From Planctomycetota bacterium (GTDB lineage Bacteria; Planctomycetota; GCA-002687715; DRQF01), in assembly GCA_011369445.1 (NCBI GenBank), contig DRQF01000028.1, positions 2,061 to 66,060 of the forward strand: a stretch of DNA of 64,000 nucleotides, given 5' to 3'. The position numbers were made by a program, and so were the translations under genes. The notes under the pieces are model-generated. The model was not told the DNA's origin and searched no databases. It saw only the letters and a program-made list of their open reading frames with translations. This document shows positions 1 through 9,028 of this stretch, one piece after another; the stretch's first letter is position 1; every line of letters begins with the position of its first letter.

Positions 1-1
1 G

Positions 2-2647
2 GAGGACGTCATCGTCATCACCGACGGGCTGACGCCCGGCAATGGGGTCGATCGACTGGGGAATTCCACGGGTCTTCCCGGCTACGGCGGCCACCAGGAA
101 TTCCTCCTTCTGGATTGGAACACCGCTTTGTCGACTGCCGGTGGCGGCCCGGGCAACAACGCATGGAAGGAATTCACCTTCATCATCGATGCGAATTTCT
201 ACGCCACGAGCGGGCTCATTCCCACCACCGACATGCGCCTCGTTTTCCGGCAACGCGACAACTTCGGCACGCCGTCGGACGGTCTTTTTATCGACAATGT
301 GCGCGTGATCGATGCCGGATTCACGGACGTTTCCGTAACCAGCGTCGATGCTCCCGTCACTCCTTCCGACTGTTCATTCCTCACGACTTCGGAAGTCGTA
401 ACGGCTACACTCACCAACGTCGGGCTGCAGACGATTCCCACGGGAACGATGATCCCCGTCTTCTACGACGTGGACAACGGAGCTCAGACCGCCGTGGAGA
501 CCCTCACGTTGACGGCCGATTTGACGATGGGGCAGAGCGTCCAGTACACGTTCACAGCGACCGCTGACCTGTCCGCGCCCGGGTCCCACCTCATCCAGGT
601 CACCAGCTTCCTGACGGGGGACGGCGACATCACGAACGATACGGGTTCCACAACTGTCCTCAGTGGAGGAACGAGTCAGTTCCCATTCCTGGAGACGTTC
701 GACACCTTCACGACAGTCAACAACACGACGGATGTTCCTTCCGGCTGGCTTCAGGACCAGGCGGACAATGCGGGCGGGACGAACAGCGACTGGTTCTTCC
801 GTAACACGCCGACCACCTCGGCGAACACGGGACCACCCGCCGACCACACCACGGGCGTTTCCGGCATGGGCTTTTACGGTTACGTGGAGGACTCTGGAAA
901 CTTCTCGGCTGTCAACCTCCTGACGCCCTGTTTCGATATTTCGTCGCTATCCACTCCCACCCTCCGCTTCTACGTGCACAGCAACAACTCGCAGGGACCG
1001 GGTGGCGCCAACGAGAATTTCCTGGCCTTGGACATCGTCGATCCCAACGGAACGGTGATGGACATCATCTCGCCCATCGGGCATCTGGGCAATTCCTGGC
1101 AGGAGGTCTTGGTGGATCTTTCGCCGTATGCCGCTCAGGCGTTCCGTATTCAGTTCCGAGGCCGTTCCGATGGCGGATCCTTCACCCATGACATCGCCAT
1201 CGACGACGTTGAGGTGTTCGATAACGTGACTCCCGATCTCGCCATGCAGAGCATCGATGCTCCGGTGGCGAATCTTGACCCCACTTGCGGCACGCTGGGT
1301 TCGAACGTCACCGTATCGGTCACGATTCAGAACGCCGGCGTGACCTTGAGCGCGGGACAGATCCTCCCTGTGCAGTACACCGTCGATGACGGCGTAAACC
1401 CGGTGGTGACGGTGAGCGAGGCTCTGGTCCTCCAGGCGGCGCTTCCCCCTGGTGGGACGGTTCCCTACACCTTCACGCAGGGAGCGGACCTCTCGGTTCA
1501 GGGGCTGTATACCTTCACCGCCAGTGTCCTCGTGCCGGGCGACTCGAATCCGGCCAACGACACGACAGGCGGGCATCAGGTCCAAAGCGGTGGCGCCAAC
1601 GTGGTGAACACGTTCCCCTTCTTCGAGAACTTCGATACGTTCACCACGATGAACCAATCCACGACTCCGCCGGCGGACTGGCTCCAGGACCAAAGCGACG
1701 CGACCGGCTCGAACAGTGACTGGTTCTTCCGGAACACGGCGACGACATCCACGGGGACCGGTCCCTCCGCGGATCACACGACGGGAATGTCGGGAGTCGG
1801 TTTCTATGCCTATGTGGAAGACAGCGGTGGCAACTTCCCCATGGTGAATCTGCTGACACCGTGCTTCGACACCTCATCTCTGAACGTGCCTTTCCTGAGC
1901 TTCTGGTATCACAGCTTCAACAATGGCCCGGATGCCAACCAGAACTTCCTCCATGTCGACGTCATCGACGACACGACCCAGACGATTCACCTGGACGTCA
2001 TGCCGCCGATCGGCACCGTGGAGAACGCCTGGAAGCAGGCCGGGCTCTTGCTGGGACCCTGGGCAAGCCCGGGTTTCCGGATTCGTTTCCGCGTCGACTC
2101 GACCAATGGTGGCGCGAACACCTTCACGCATGACATCGCCATCGATGACGTCATGGTGGGGGAGGCACCGCCTCTTGGCAATGGACAGCCCGAAACGCCG
2201 GGCATTGCCGGACTGGACATCAACAATGCTACGGAGGCCAACGGATTCGGAGTCGCGTCCGGTTTCCCCGGTCCCTTCATGACCCAGGTCGTGGGAGGAA
2301 CGGAGAACCTGAATTTCTCGATCCGCGGTGAGCCGAACCAGAGCTTCATTCTGCTTGCGGGGCCCTTGAATGTGGGGGCTCTCTTGGCGCCGCCTCAGGG
2401 GCAGTTCGACATCGGTAACACGAATCCCATGCCGCCGTTCATTCCGACCGGCCTGACCGTCGTGTGGAATGGCTTCGACCTGGCGTTCCCGGCAGCCCTT
2501 TACAACACGGGCGCGACGGGCGAGTTCGTCCTGACGATGCCTTCTCCGGCCATCCCGGGGTTGAACATTGGATTCCAGGCGATCCTGGCAACGTCTTCCG
2601 GGACGGTGGTGAAGTTCACGAACGCGGTGGACCTCACGATCCTCTGA
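2..2647 (+). CDS. exported multidomain protein with tandem CARDB-like + MAM-like domains (5' end outside the window)
   Basis: The frame of ORF 128..2647 stays open back to base 2, so the TTG at 128 is not the true start. There are two complete and one partial MAM-type modules (SDWFFRNT.TTS..TGP.ADHTTG.SG.GFY.YVEDSG ... FTHDIAIDDV; the partial copy ends GLFIDNVRVID). The two complete MAM modules are each preceded by a CARDB-like segment (D....S.DAPV). GC3-rich, no internal stops. Confidence 0.7.
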   Translation, partial: EDVIVITDGLTPGNGVDRLGNSTGLPGYGGHQEFLLLDWNTALSTAGGGPGNNAWKEFTFIIDANFYATSGLIPTTDMRLVFRQRDNFGTPSDGLFIDNVRVIDAGFTDVSVTSVDAPVTPSDCSFLTTSEVVTATLTNVGLQTIPTGTMIPVFYDVDNGAQTAVETLTLTADLTMGQSVQYTFTATADLSAPGSHLIQVTSFLTGDGDITNDTGSTTVLSGGTSQFPFLETFDTFTTVNNTTDVPSGWLQDQADNAGGTNSDWFFRNTPTTSANTGPPADHTTGVSGMGFYGYVEDSGNFSAVNLLTPCFDISSLSTPTLRFYVHSNNSQGPGGANENFLALDIVDPNGTVMDIISPIGHLGNSWQEVLVDLSPYAAQAFRIQFRGRSDGGSFTHDIAIDDVEVFDNVTPDLAMQSIDAPVANLDPTCGTLGSNVTVSVTIQNAGVTLSAGQILPVQYTVDDGVNPVVTVSEALVLQAALPPGGTVPYTFTQGADLSVQGLYTFTASVLVPGDSNPANDTTGGHQVQSGGANVVNTFPFFENFDTFTTMNQSTTPPADWLQDQSDATGSNSDWFFRNTATTSTGTGPSADHTTGMSGVGFYAYVEDSGGNFPMVNLLTPCFDTSSLNVPFLSFWYHSFNNGPDANQNFLHVDVIDDTTQTIHLDVMPPIGTVENAWKQAGLLLGPWASPGFRIRFRVDSTNGGANTFTHDIAIDDVMVGEAPPLGNGQPETPGIAGLDINNATEANGFGVASGFPGPFMTQVVGGTENLNFSIRGEPNQSFILLAGPLNVGALLAPPQGQFDIGNTNPMPPFIPTGLTVVWNGFDLAFPAALYNTGATGEFVLTMPSPAIPGLNIGFQAILATSSGTVVKFTNAVDLTIL

Positions 2648-2672
2648 ATCCTCGACATGTTCTCGGATTCAT

Positions 2673-2702
2673 GGCGAGCCGTGCTTTCGAGCACGGCTCG
2701 CC
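2673..2702. terminator. bidirectional hairpin between convergent genes
   Basis: Perfect 12-bp stem ggcgagccgtgc / gcacggctcgcc with loop tttcga, followed by tcttt. It lies exactly between stop 2647 (+) and stop 2727 (-). Confidence 0.5.
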
Positions 2703-2726
2703 TCTTTCGAGGGGACCCAACGGGCA

Positions 2727-4955
2727 TCAGCGCGTCGAGGAGGCCCGGGGGTTCGGGACGAGTGGAAAGTCCTTGTCCCGCCAGACCACGTCAGCGGTTC
2801 GGGTGCCCGTCTTTGGCGCCCGGATGATGACCGGATCTCTGTTGCCGAACCGGACCGAGGCGCCGGGAGGAAGACCCGGGATGTAGAACCGGCCCTCGTG
2901 ATCGACCTCGGTGAAGAGACTTCCATGCGGGATCGGACGGTGATTCCATTCGAGCTCGAAATGGAGGAGGACATCCCTGTAGGGGTCTCCCTCGGTATCG
3001 AGAAGCCGCCCTCTCAGGGCGACCCCGGCTTGCGCCTCCAAGGTGACGGGGTCGGGAAGGGAGCGCAGGTCTCGCGTCACGGCGAGAAAGGAGCCGGTGT
3101 CTCCGTCCCGGAATCGCGCGAAGAATCCGGCCTCTCCCCACATGGGGCACTCCGTCTCGCCACCCAGCAGACTCGGGTCCTCTTTCGACTGGGGGACCAG
3201 GGTGATCGAGCGTGTGAGATCCGAGGAAGGGTCCACGAGCCAACAGCAGGTGGCCGGGTCTTCCATGGGACGGGGGAGACGCACACGCAGGCGAACCCGA
3301 GTCGGGGGGGCCACTTGGAACACGATGTCGATCGTGCGGTTCGGGTCGTAGGCGAACGACGACTCGACGCATGAGCGCACCACGGCGAGTTCGTCCGGAA
3401 GGTCCCTCTGAAGTGTGGCTTTCAACGCATGCGACTGAGGGGGAAGGCCCAGGATCTTCACCGTTCCCAGCGGTACGGGAAGGCGCATGGTGAAGCCCGG
3501 CTGCTGCGGTCGCCGTGTGTCGAAGTCGGTCATGAGCCACAGGGCGACATCGTCGGGTGTGGGAGTCAGGGTGAGATCATCCCCCCGTTCGTTCCGAACG
3601 CGAAAAGCCAACGTCCATGTGGAATCATATTCGGGGAGGAGGCGGCCCAGATCCACCACCTCGTCTCCCGTGACGGTCGCCTCCCTTCTCACAATCGAGA
3701 TCTCGTGAGGCCCCGATTCCCACCATGCTTCGACGACGTAGGAGCCGGGAAGGACGTTCTCGAAGCGAAATGCTTCCAGTCGGCTTGGGGCATGGAACTG
3801 AACGGTGACCTCGCGCCGATGGGATTGTTGGTGCGCTGTTTTCCCCTCACTGATGCGGCGTAACTCGACAACGCCCCGTCCGCCATGCCCTTCGAATCCG
3901 CAGAGCCCCCGGATCACCGCGGTGAGCGTCATTTCGATGTCGACACGAAGCGTCTCCTGGTCCGGCGGGTGAGAGAGCTGAACGAGCTCCACGGCCGGTC
4001 CTTGCCGCATCAGCTTGCGCTCGACCGGGAGGTCGCCTTTCGCGTCGCGCGCCTTGAGCACATGGTGCCGCTTCAGTCCGATGTGGGCGGGCGGGCGTCG
4101 CCCGAAGGGGAGAAGACCCGAGAAGTGGATTCTCCCGTGGGCGTCGCTGGTCTTCGCACGTGGGAAGACGACGGTTTTACCTTCGAGAACGTCGGCGTCT
4201 CCCGTCAGAGGCACGGCCGGGGGGGCTGACCGAACCAGCGTGCGGATTCCGTTCAGGATCTCTGCGCAATCCTTGGACGCATCGAGGCGGCCCACGAGGT
4301 CCTCGATATCGCGAGCCCGTCGTTCCAGGTCGTTGAGATCATTCACGAGGGTTTCGTCCGGCTGCCTTTGACCTACGAGCAACTGGGCCAGCCGTGCGGC
4401 GTCGACCTCCAACGGGGAACGTGAGGCCAGGGACGTGTCGATGGGCGGAGCCGGAGGGATGAAGACGACTTCCGCCTGGGGAATCGGCTTGCCCAAGGGG
4501 GAGCGAAGCCTGACTTCGAGGTCGAAGCTCTTCCGAAGCGCCACGCCACGGCGAAGACTCTCCTGGTCGAGTTCGGCGGCGAAGAATCGATGGCCCAAGG
4601 CGCGGACGACGACAAGTGCCGGGAAGGAGGAGGGGCGAGGAACGTGACCGGAAGCGGTGGATCTGAAGAATTGCGGAGGAGAGGTAGGGGGCGCGGCGAT
4701 CCAGACCTCCGCGCCCTCCAAGGGTTCGAGGCTGGAAGCATCCAAGATGCTGAAGGTGGCCTCCTTGGGAGCGTTCGGAGGTGGAGGTGATGCCTCGGGC
4801 GATCCGGTTCGATGTGGGCGAGGAGACGGTGGTGCACCGACGTTCCCGTCGGCACCGGTGATGGGCGCCTCGTCGTTCCCCTGGAAAAAGAGGCCGACCC
4901 CTATGAGTCCGAGGAGGGCGAGGATCAATGCGATGAACCAGAAGGCTCGAGGCAT
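2727..4955 (-). CDS. membrane-anchored hypothetical protein with carboxypeptidase-regulatory-like beta-sandwich repeats
   Basis: ORF 2727..5021. I prefer the ATG at 4955 (AAGGAG upstream), which gives MPRAFWFIALILALLGLIGVGLFF as an N-terminal TM helix. A Pro-rich linker follows, then repeated segments such as LRGRLLDTEGDPYRDVLLHF..DHEGRFYIPGLPPG. Confidence 0.6.
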   Translation of the reverse strand: MPRAFWFIALILALLGLIGVGLFFQGNDEAPITGADGNVGAPPSPRPHRTGSPEASPPPPNAPKEATFSILDASSLEPLEGAEVWIAAPPTSPPQFFRSTASGHVPRPSSFPALVVVRALGHRFFAAELDQESLRRGVALRKSFDLEVRLRSPLGKPIPQAEVVFIPPAPPIDTSLASRSPLEVDAARLAQLLVGQRQPDETLVNDLNDLERRARDIEDLVGRLDASKDCAEILNGIRTLVRSAPPAVPLTGDADVLEGKTVVFPRAKTSDAHGRIHFSGLLPFGRRPPAHIGLKRHHVLKARDAKGDLPVERKLMRQGPAVELVQLSHPPDQETLRVDIEMTLTAVIRGLCGFEGHGGRGVVELRRISEGKTAHQQSHRREVTVQFHAPSRLEAFRFENVLPGSYVVEAWWESGPHEISIVRREATVTGDEVVDLGRLLPEYDSTWTLAFRVRNERGDDLTLTPTPDDVALWLMTDFDTRRPQQPGFTMRLPVPLGTVKILGLPPQSHALKATLQRDLPDELAVVRSCVESSFAYDPNRTIDIVFQVAPPTRVRLRVRLPRPMEDPATCCWLVDPSSDLTRSITLVPQSKEDPSLLGGETECPMWGEAGFFARFRDGDTGSFLAVTRDLRSLPDPVTLEAQAGVALRGRLLDTEGDPYRDVLLHFELEWNHRPIPHGSLFTEVDHEGRFYIPGLPPGASVRFGNRDPVIIRAPKTGTRTADVVWRDKDFPLVPNPRASSTR

Positions 4956-4968
4956 GGTCGAACTCCTT

Positions 4969-5850
4969 TCAGTCGGAACCGAGAACGGCCACCGAGTGGT
5001 AAAGCCCCTTGACGCGGCCATCGGCGGTCACCATGGAACCAGGGTTGATGCTCTTGGCCCTGGCGAAGGCGGTTGCCGCGGCGGCGTGGGTCCGAAAGTA
5101 GTGCTGAGTGTATACGAACCCCGTGTTGGAAATCGGGGGCACCGGTGGCGCGGGATAGACTCCGGATCCCTGGGACGTGTGGAGAGGGATCGAGATGAAG
5201 AACGGTATCGGGCCGCCTCCCACTCCCATCTGTCCGAGGCTGACCGTTTCCGTCGTACGCCCGTCTCCCACGGCCAGCTGCGACGGGGGGAGCCCCGTCG
5301 CCGTGATCTGCAGAACCATTCCGTAGTAAGCTTCGCTGAGCGCATTCGTCAGGGTGATCCGCGTCTGCGAGGTGTCTTGCGAGAGGTCTGCACGCGTCCT
5401 CGCCCAAGGGCGACGGCGGAAAGACGGGGGATCGGTCTGAACCGTGGGAACGTATCGCCACGCCTCGGCGATCCCGAAGGTGGCGGTCGCTCCCGCGGAG
5501 TGCTCTCCCGAGTTGGCGCCGCTTAGAGAGGACCAGGTGAAGGCATGGGCGTGCGCCTGGGCGTGACGATCATCCGCCTGGGCGACAGAGACCTCCCACC
5601 AGCTCCAATAGGAGCTTCCGGAGGATGGCGAGGCACTTTGTGTTTGAATCGACAAGGGCGAGTCACTGGACCCTGGAATGACGGCGGGACCGAAATACTG
5701 CTGCCAATTCGGGTCCAGAACGATGGGCGGGTCCATCTGGCCGGAAAGGGACAGAGTCAAGGTGAGAAGGGCCAGGAGACCGACGGCTGCGGTCGTCCGG
5801 ATCGGACGAGCCGTGGTCGTCGTGTTCGTTGAGTCGGCAAGAAAGATCAT
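4969..5850 (-). CDS. hypothetical exported protein
   Basis: ORF 4969..6156 overlaps the had gene if taken at full length. The ATG at 5850 has a GGAG upstream and gives MIFLADST..AAVGLLALLTLTLSLSG, a signal-peptide-like start. Its stop is 13 nt before the next gene start. Confidence 0.55.
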   Translation of the reverse strand: MIFLADSTNTTTTARPIRTTAAVGLLALLTLTLSLSGQMDPPIVLDPNWQQYFGPAVIPGSSDSPLSIQTQSASPSSGSSYWSWWEVSVAQADDRHAQAHAHAFTWSSLSGANSGEHSAGATATFGIAEAWRYVPTVQTDPPSFRRRPWARTRADLSQDTSQTRITLTNALSEAYYGMVLQITATGLPPSQLAVGDGRTTETVSLGQMGVGGGPIPFFISIPLHTSQGSGVYPAPPVPPISNTGFVYTQHYFRTHAAAATAFARAKSINPGSMVTADGRVKGLYHSVAVLGSD

Positions 5851-6030
5851 GTTTCCGTTTCTCCGTAGGGCCTTCTCGCGAGTCATCCTCCATTCAGACG
5901 GGCGGTTTTGGCCGAGGGTGGCGAGAATTCTCTCGTAAGCCGTCTCCTCGGAAAGAAAGGGTCGGGCCTTCCCATTTCCCCAGCAATTCGGTATAAAAAG
6001 ACAGATTATCCGTTTATGGGGAGACGGCGC

Positions 6031-7098
6031 ATGGTCGATATCCATGGGTACGAAATGGTGGGTGGGAGGGAGCCGCTTCGGCCCACCAAGCGGTTGGGCG
6101 TCGAACCCGGTCCGGAAGAGGTGGTGGTCCGTGTCGCGGGATGCGGCATCTGTCACACGGACTTAGGGTTCCTGGACGATGGCGTTCCCACGCGCCACCC
6201 TCTCCCTCTCATCCTCGGTCACGAGATCTCAGGGACCGTGGTCGCAACGGGAACCGAGGCTGGGGAGTGGCTGAATACCCAGGTGGTGGTCCCGGCCGTC
6301 ATCCCGTGTGGCGCCTGCGATGCCTGCGAGGAGGGGCGCGGCAGCATCTGTCGGCATCAGATCTTCCCGGGCAACGACATCGACGGCGGTTTCGCCGATC
6401 ACGTTGTCGTTCCCGCTCTAGGCTTGTGCCGCGTCCCTGATCTCGATGGGACGGACGTCGACCTGGCCAGTCTTTCGGTGCTCGCCGACGCCGTCACCAC
6501 CCCCTATCAATCGATTCTGCGCAGCGGCCTCGGCGAGGGTGACTTCGCGGCCTTCATCGGTGTTGGAGGCGTAGGCGCCTTCGGCGTCCAGATCGCCCGA
6601 GCCCTGGGTGCGACGGTGGCGGCCATCGATGTCGACACCGAGCGGCTGGCGAGGATTCAGGAATACGGGGCCGCCCTCACCATCGACGCGAAGGAAAAGT
6701 CGCCCCGGGACGTCAAGAAGATCCTTCGCGCTTTCGTGAAGGAGAAGGGGCTCCCTCAGAGGTGTTGGCGCATCTTCGAGACTTCGGGCCATCCGGCGGG
6801 CCAGGAGACCGCGTTCGGGTTGCTCGTCCCCGGCGCATACCTCGGGATCGTGGGCTTCACGCCGAAGAAAGTGACCGTTCCTGTCTCCCACCTCATGGCC
6901 CATGATGCCACGGCCCAGGGCAACTGGGGCTGCCTCCCAGAGCACTACCCAGCGGCCCTCGATCTCGTCTTGAAGGGGAGGGTCGCGATCGAACCCTTCG
7001 TGACGCGCCGCCCCCTCGATCAGGTCAACGAGGCCCTCGATGACCTGAGGCAGCATAGAATCAAGGAGCGCGTGGTCTTGGAGCCCGCGATTTCGTGA
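6031..7098 (+). CDS. had: Zn-dependent alcohol dehydrogenase family; 6-hydroxycyclohex-1-ene-1-carbonyl-CoA dehydrogenase-like
   Basis: Has the GCGICHTDLGF and GHEISG zinc-ADH motifs and an FIGVGGVGAFG Rossmann motif. It lies immediately upstream of the oah-like gene and bcrCBAD. Start chosen at ATG 6031 (GGGGAG upstream). Confidence 0.65.
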   Translation: MVDIHGYEMVGGREPLRPTKRLGVEPGPEEVVVRVAGCGICHTDLGFLDDGVPTRHPLPLILGHEISGTVVATGTEAGEWLNTQVVVPAVIPCGACDACEEGRGSICRHQIFPGNDIDGGFADHVVVPALGLCRVPDLDGTDVDLASLSVLADAVTTPYQSILRSGLGEGDFAAFIGVGGVGAFGVQIARALGATVAAIDVDTERLARIQEYGAALTIDAKEKSPRDVKKILRAFVKEKGLPQRCWRIFETSGHPAGQETAFGLLVPGAYLGIVGFTPKKVTVPVSHLMAHDATAQGNWGCLPEHYPAALDLVLKGRVAIEPFVTRRPLDQVNEALDDLRQHRIKERVVLEPAIS

Positions 7099-7117
7099 AC
7101 CGATCGAAGGAGATCCC

Positions 7118-8224
7118 ATGTTCGAGTTCAAGAATCATGATTTGACGTCTCGCGAGGGGACGGAGGATGCCGTGGGGCAGGTGCGATACGAATTGAGACC
7201 GTGTCACGACAGCGACGGACACGAGGTCGAGGGTCTCTTCAACGCGTGGATCGTCCTCGACAATCCGAAGCAGTACAACTCGTACACGACCGACATGGTG
7301 AAGGATGTCATCCTGTCGTTTCGCCGGGCTTCCGAGGCGCGTGACGTTGTGAGCGTCATCTTCACGGGGGCGGGCGATCGAGCCTTCTGTACAGGCGGCA
7401 ACACCAAGGAATACGCCGAGTACTACAGCGGTCGCCCCGGCGAGTACCACCGCTACATGCGGCTATTCAACGACATGGTCACGGCCATCCTTCATTGCGA
7501 CAAACCCGTCATCTGTCGCGTCAACGGGATGCGGATCGCCGGTGGGCAGGAATTGGGGATGGCTTGCGACTTCAGCATCGCCAGCGATCTGGCCATGTTC
7601 GGACAGGCAGGCCCCAAGCACGGTTCTGCTCCGGACGGCGGCTCCACGGACTTTCTACCCCTGTTCTGCGGGATCGAGCGGGCGATGCAGAGCGGCTCGC
7701 TCTGCGAGATGTGGAGTGCCTATCAGGCCCTCGAGTATGGCTTGATCACGGACCTCGTTCCCGCCCTCGAGTTGGATGGCGAACTCACGCCGAACCCACT
7801 CGTCGTTTTGGACAACACGCCGGATGCCATGGGCCGCGTTCGCTACGGGGAGTTCAAGACAGGTGCGGCCGCGAAGGAGGCCAAGGAGAAGCTTCGGTCC
7901 GGCACCGTCAACTTGGCCCCGTTGGATGCGGCCGTCGAACAGCTCGCCACGAAGCTCATGCTGACGATGCCGGGGTGCCTCGCCAAGACCGTGGAGTCTC
8001 TCCGCAAGCACAAACTCGCCCATTGGGACAAGAATCGAGAGACCAATCGGTCGTGGCTGGCTCTCAACATGATGACCGAGGCCCGTCTCGGATTCCGTGC
8101 GTTCAACGAGGGACCCAAGGGCCATCGCGAGGTGGACTTCATTCGACTGCGGCGCGAGCTCGCTCAGGGGGCGGAGTGGACGGAATCGTTCATCGAATCT
8201 CTGATTCCCAAGGGCGAGGACTGA
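7118..8224 (+). CDS. oah: crotonase-family ring-opening hydrolase; 6-oxocyclohex-1-ene-1-carbonyl-CoA hydrolase-like (Oah/BamA type)
   Basis: A 368-aa crotonase fold (FTGAGDRAFCTGGN, GGQELGMACDF). The length and its position between had and dch/bcr fit Oah/BamA rather than a 260-aa hydratase. GAAGGAG RBS. Confidence 0.65.
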   Translation: MFEFKNHDLTSREGTEDAVGQVRYELRPCHDSDGHEVEGLFNAWIVLDNPKQYNSYTTDMVKDVILSFRRASEARDVVSVIFTGAGDRAFCTGGNTKEYAEYYSGRPGEYHRYMRLFNDMVTAILHCDKPVICRVNGMRIAGGQELGMACDFSIASDLAMFGQAGPKHGSAPDGGSTDFLPLFCGIERAMQSGSLCEMWSAYQALEYGLITDLVPALELDGELTPNPLVVLDNTPDAMGRVRYGEFKTGAAAKEAKEKLRSGTVNLAPLDAAVEQLATKLMLTMPGCLAKTVESLRKHKLAHWDKNRETNRSWLALNMMTEARLGFRAFNEGPKGHREVDFIRLRRELAQGAEWTESFIESLIPKGED

Positions 8225-8254
8225 GACCGGAAACTCCGCTGAGGAGAAGGAACC

Positions 8255-9028
8255 ATGTCCGAAAACGACGTCGTTCACCTGCGACGAGATCATGAAGGTC
8301 GCGTGGCTCGGCTGACTCTGGCCCGTCCACCAGGAAACATTCTGGACGCGGAAATGGTGGCTGCTCTCAGGAGCCACGTTGCCACCTTGGCGGAAGCCCG
8401 TGGAGTGACGGCCCTCATCCTCGAAGGGGAGGGAAAGAACTTCTCCTTCGGTGCCAGCGTGGAAGAACACTTGCCGGAACACGTCGCGGGGATGCTGGAC
8501 GGCTTTCACGGTCTTTTTCGCGATCTGATCTCGTCGGGCCTCACTCTCGTTTCCGTCGTTCGCGGGAATTGCCTGGGCGGGGGACTTGAACTTGCGGCCT
8601 ATGCGCACCGGGTCTTCGCGGCCCCCGATGTGAGGCTTGGGCAACCCGAGATCAACCTCGGTGTCTTCGCACCCGTCGCGTCGCTCGTCCTGCCCCGCCG
8701 AGTCGGCCAGGCCGTCGCCGACGATCTTCTCCTCACGGGACGACTCGTGGAGGCCTCGGAAGCTCTGCGGGTCGGTCTCGTGGACGTGGTGGATGAAGAC
8801 CCCTCTCGGGCGGCAGACCGCTGGGTCGAGGAGAACCTGCTCGCGAAGTCCTCCGCTTCTCTCAAGTTCGCCGTGCGGGCTGCGCGATCTGCGGCGGACG
8901 TGGCCTTTCTCGACGGGTTGAGTCGACTGGAGCGCCTCTACCTCGACGACCTGATGACGCTGCACGATCCGACCGAAGGACTGCGGGCGTTCCTCGAGAA
9001 ACGCCGCCCGGAATGGAGGCACGAATGA
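8255..9028 (+). CDS. dch: enoyl-CoA hydratase family; cyclohexa-1,5-diene-1-carbonyl-CoA hydratase-like
   Basis: A 257-aa crotonase (EGEGKNFSFGASVEEH, GNCLGGGLELA). GAGGAGAAGG RBS. Function inferred from its position in the benzoyl-CoA cluster. Confidence 0.6.
   Translation: MSENDVVHLRRDHEGRVARLTLARPPGNILDAEMVAALRSHVATLAEARGVTALILEGEGKNFSFGASVEEHLPEHVAGMLDGFHGLFRDLISSGLTLVSVVRGNCLGGGLELAAYAHRVFAAPDVRLGQPEINLGVFAPVASLVLPRRVGQAVADDLLLTGRLVEASEALRVGLVDVVDEDPSRAADRWVEENLLAKSSASLKFAVRAARSAADVAFLDGLSRLERLYLDDLMTLHDPTEGLRAFLEKRRPEWRHE

Noticed and set aside
5851-6156. Upstream extensions of two ORFs that would make the minus-strand ORF 4969..6156 and the plus-strand ORF 5908..7098 overlap by about 250 nt.
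   Set aside because: Both extensions lack family similarity. Internal ATGs at 5850 (minus) and 6031 (plus) have GGAG-type RBSs, give a sensible signal peptide and ADH N-terminus respectively, and leave a normal 180-bp divergent promoter region.
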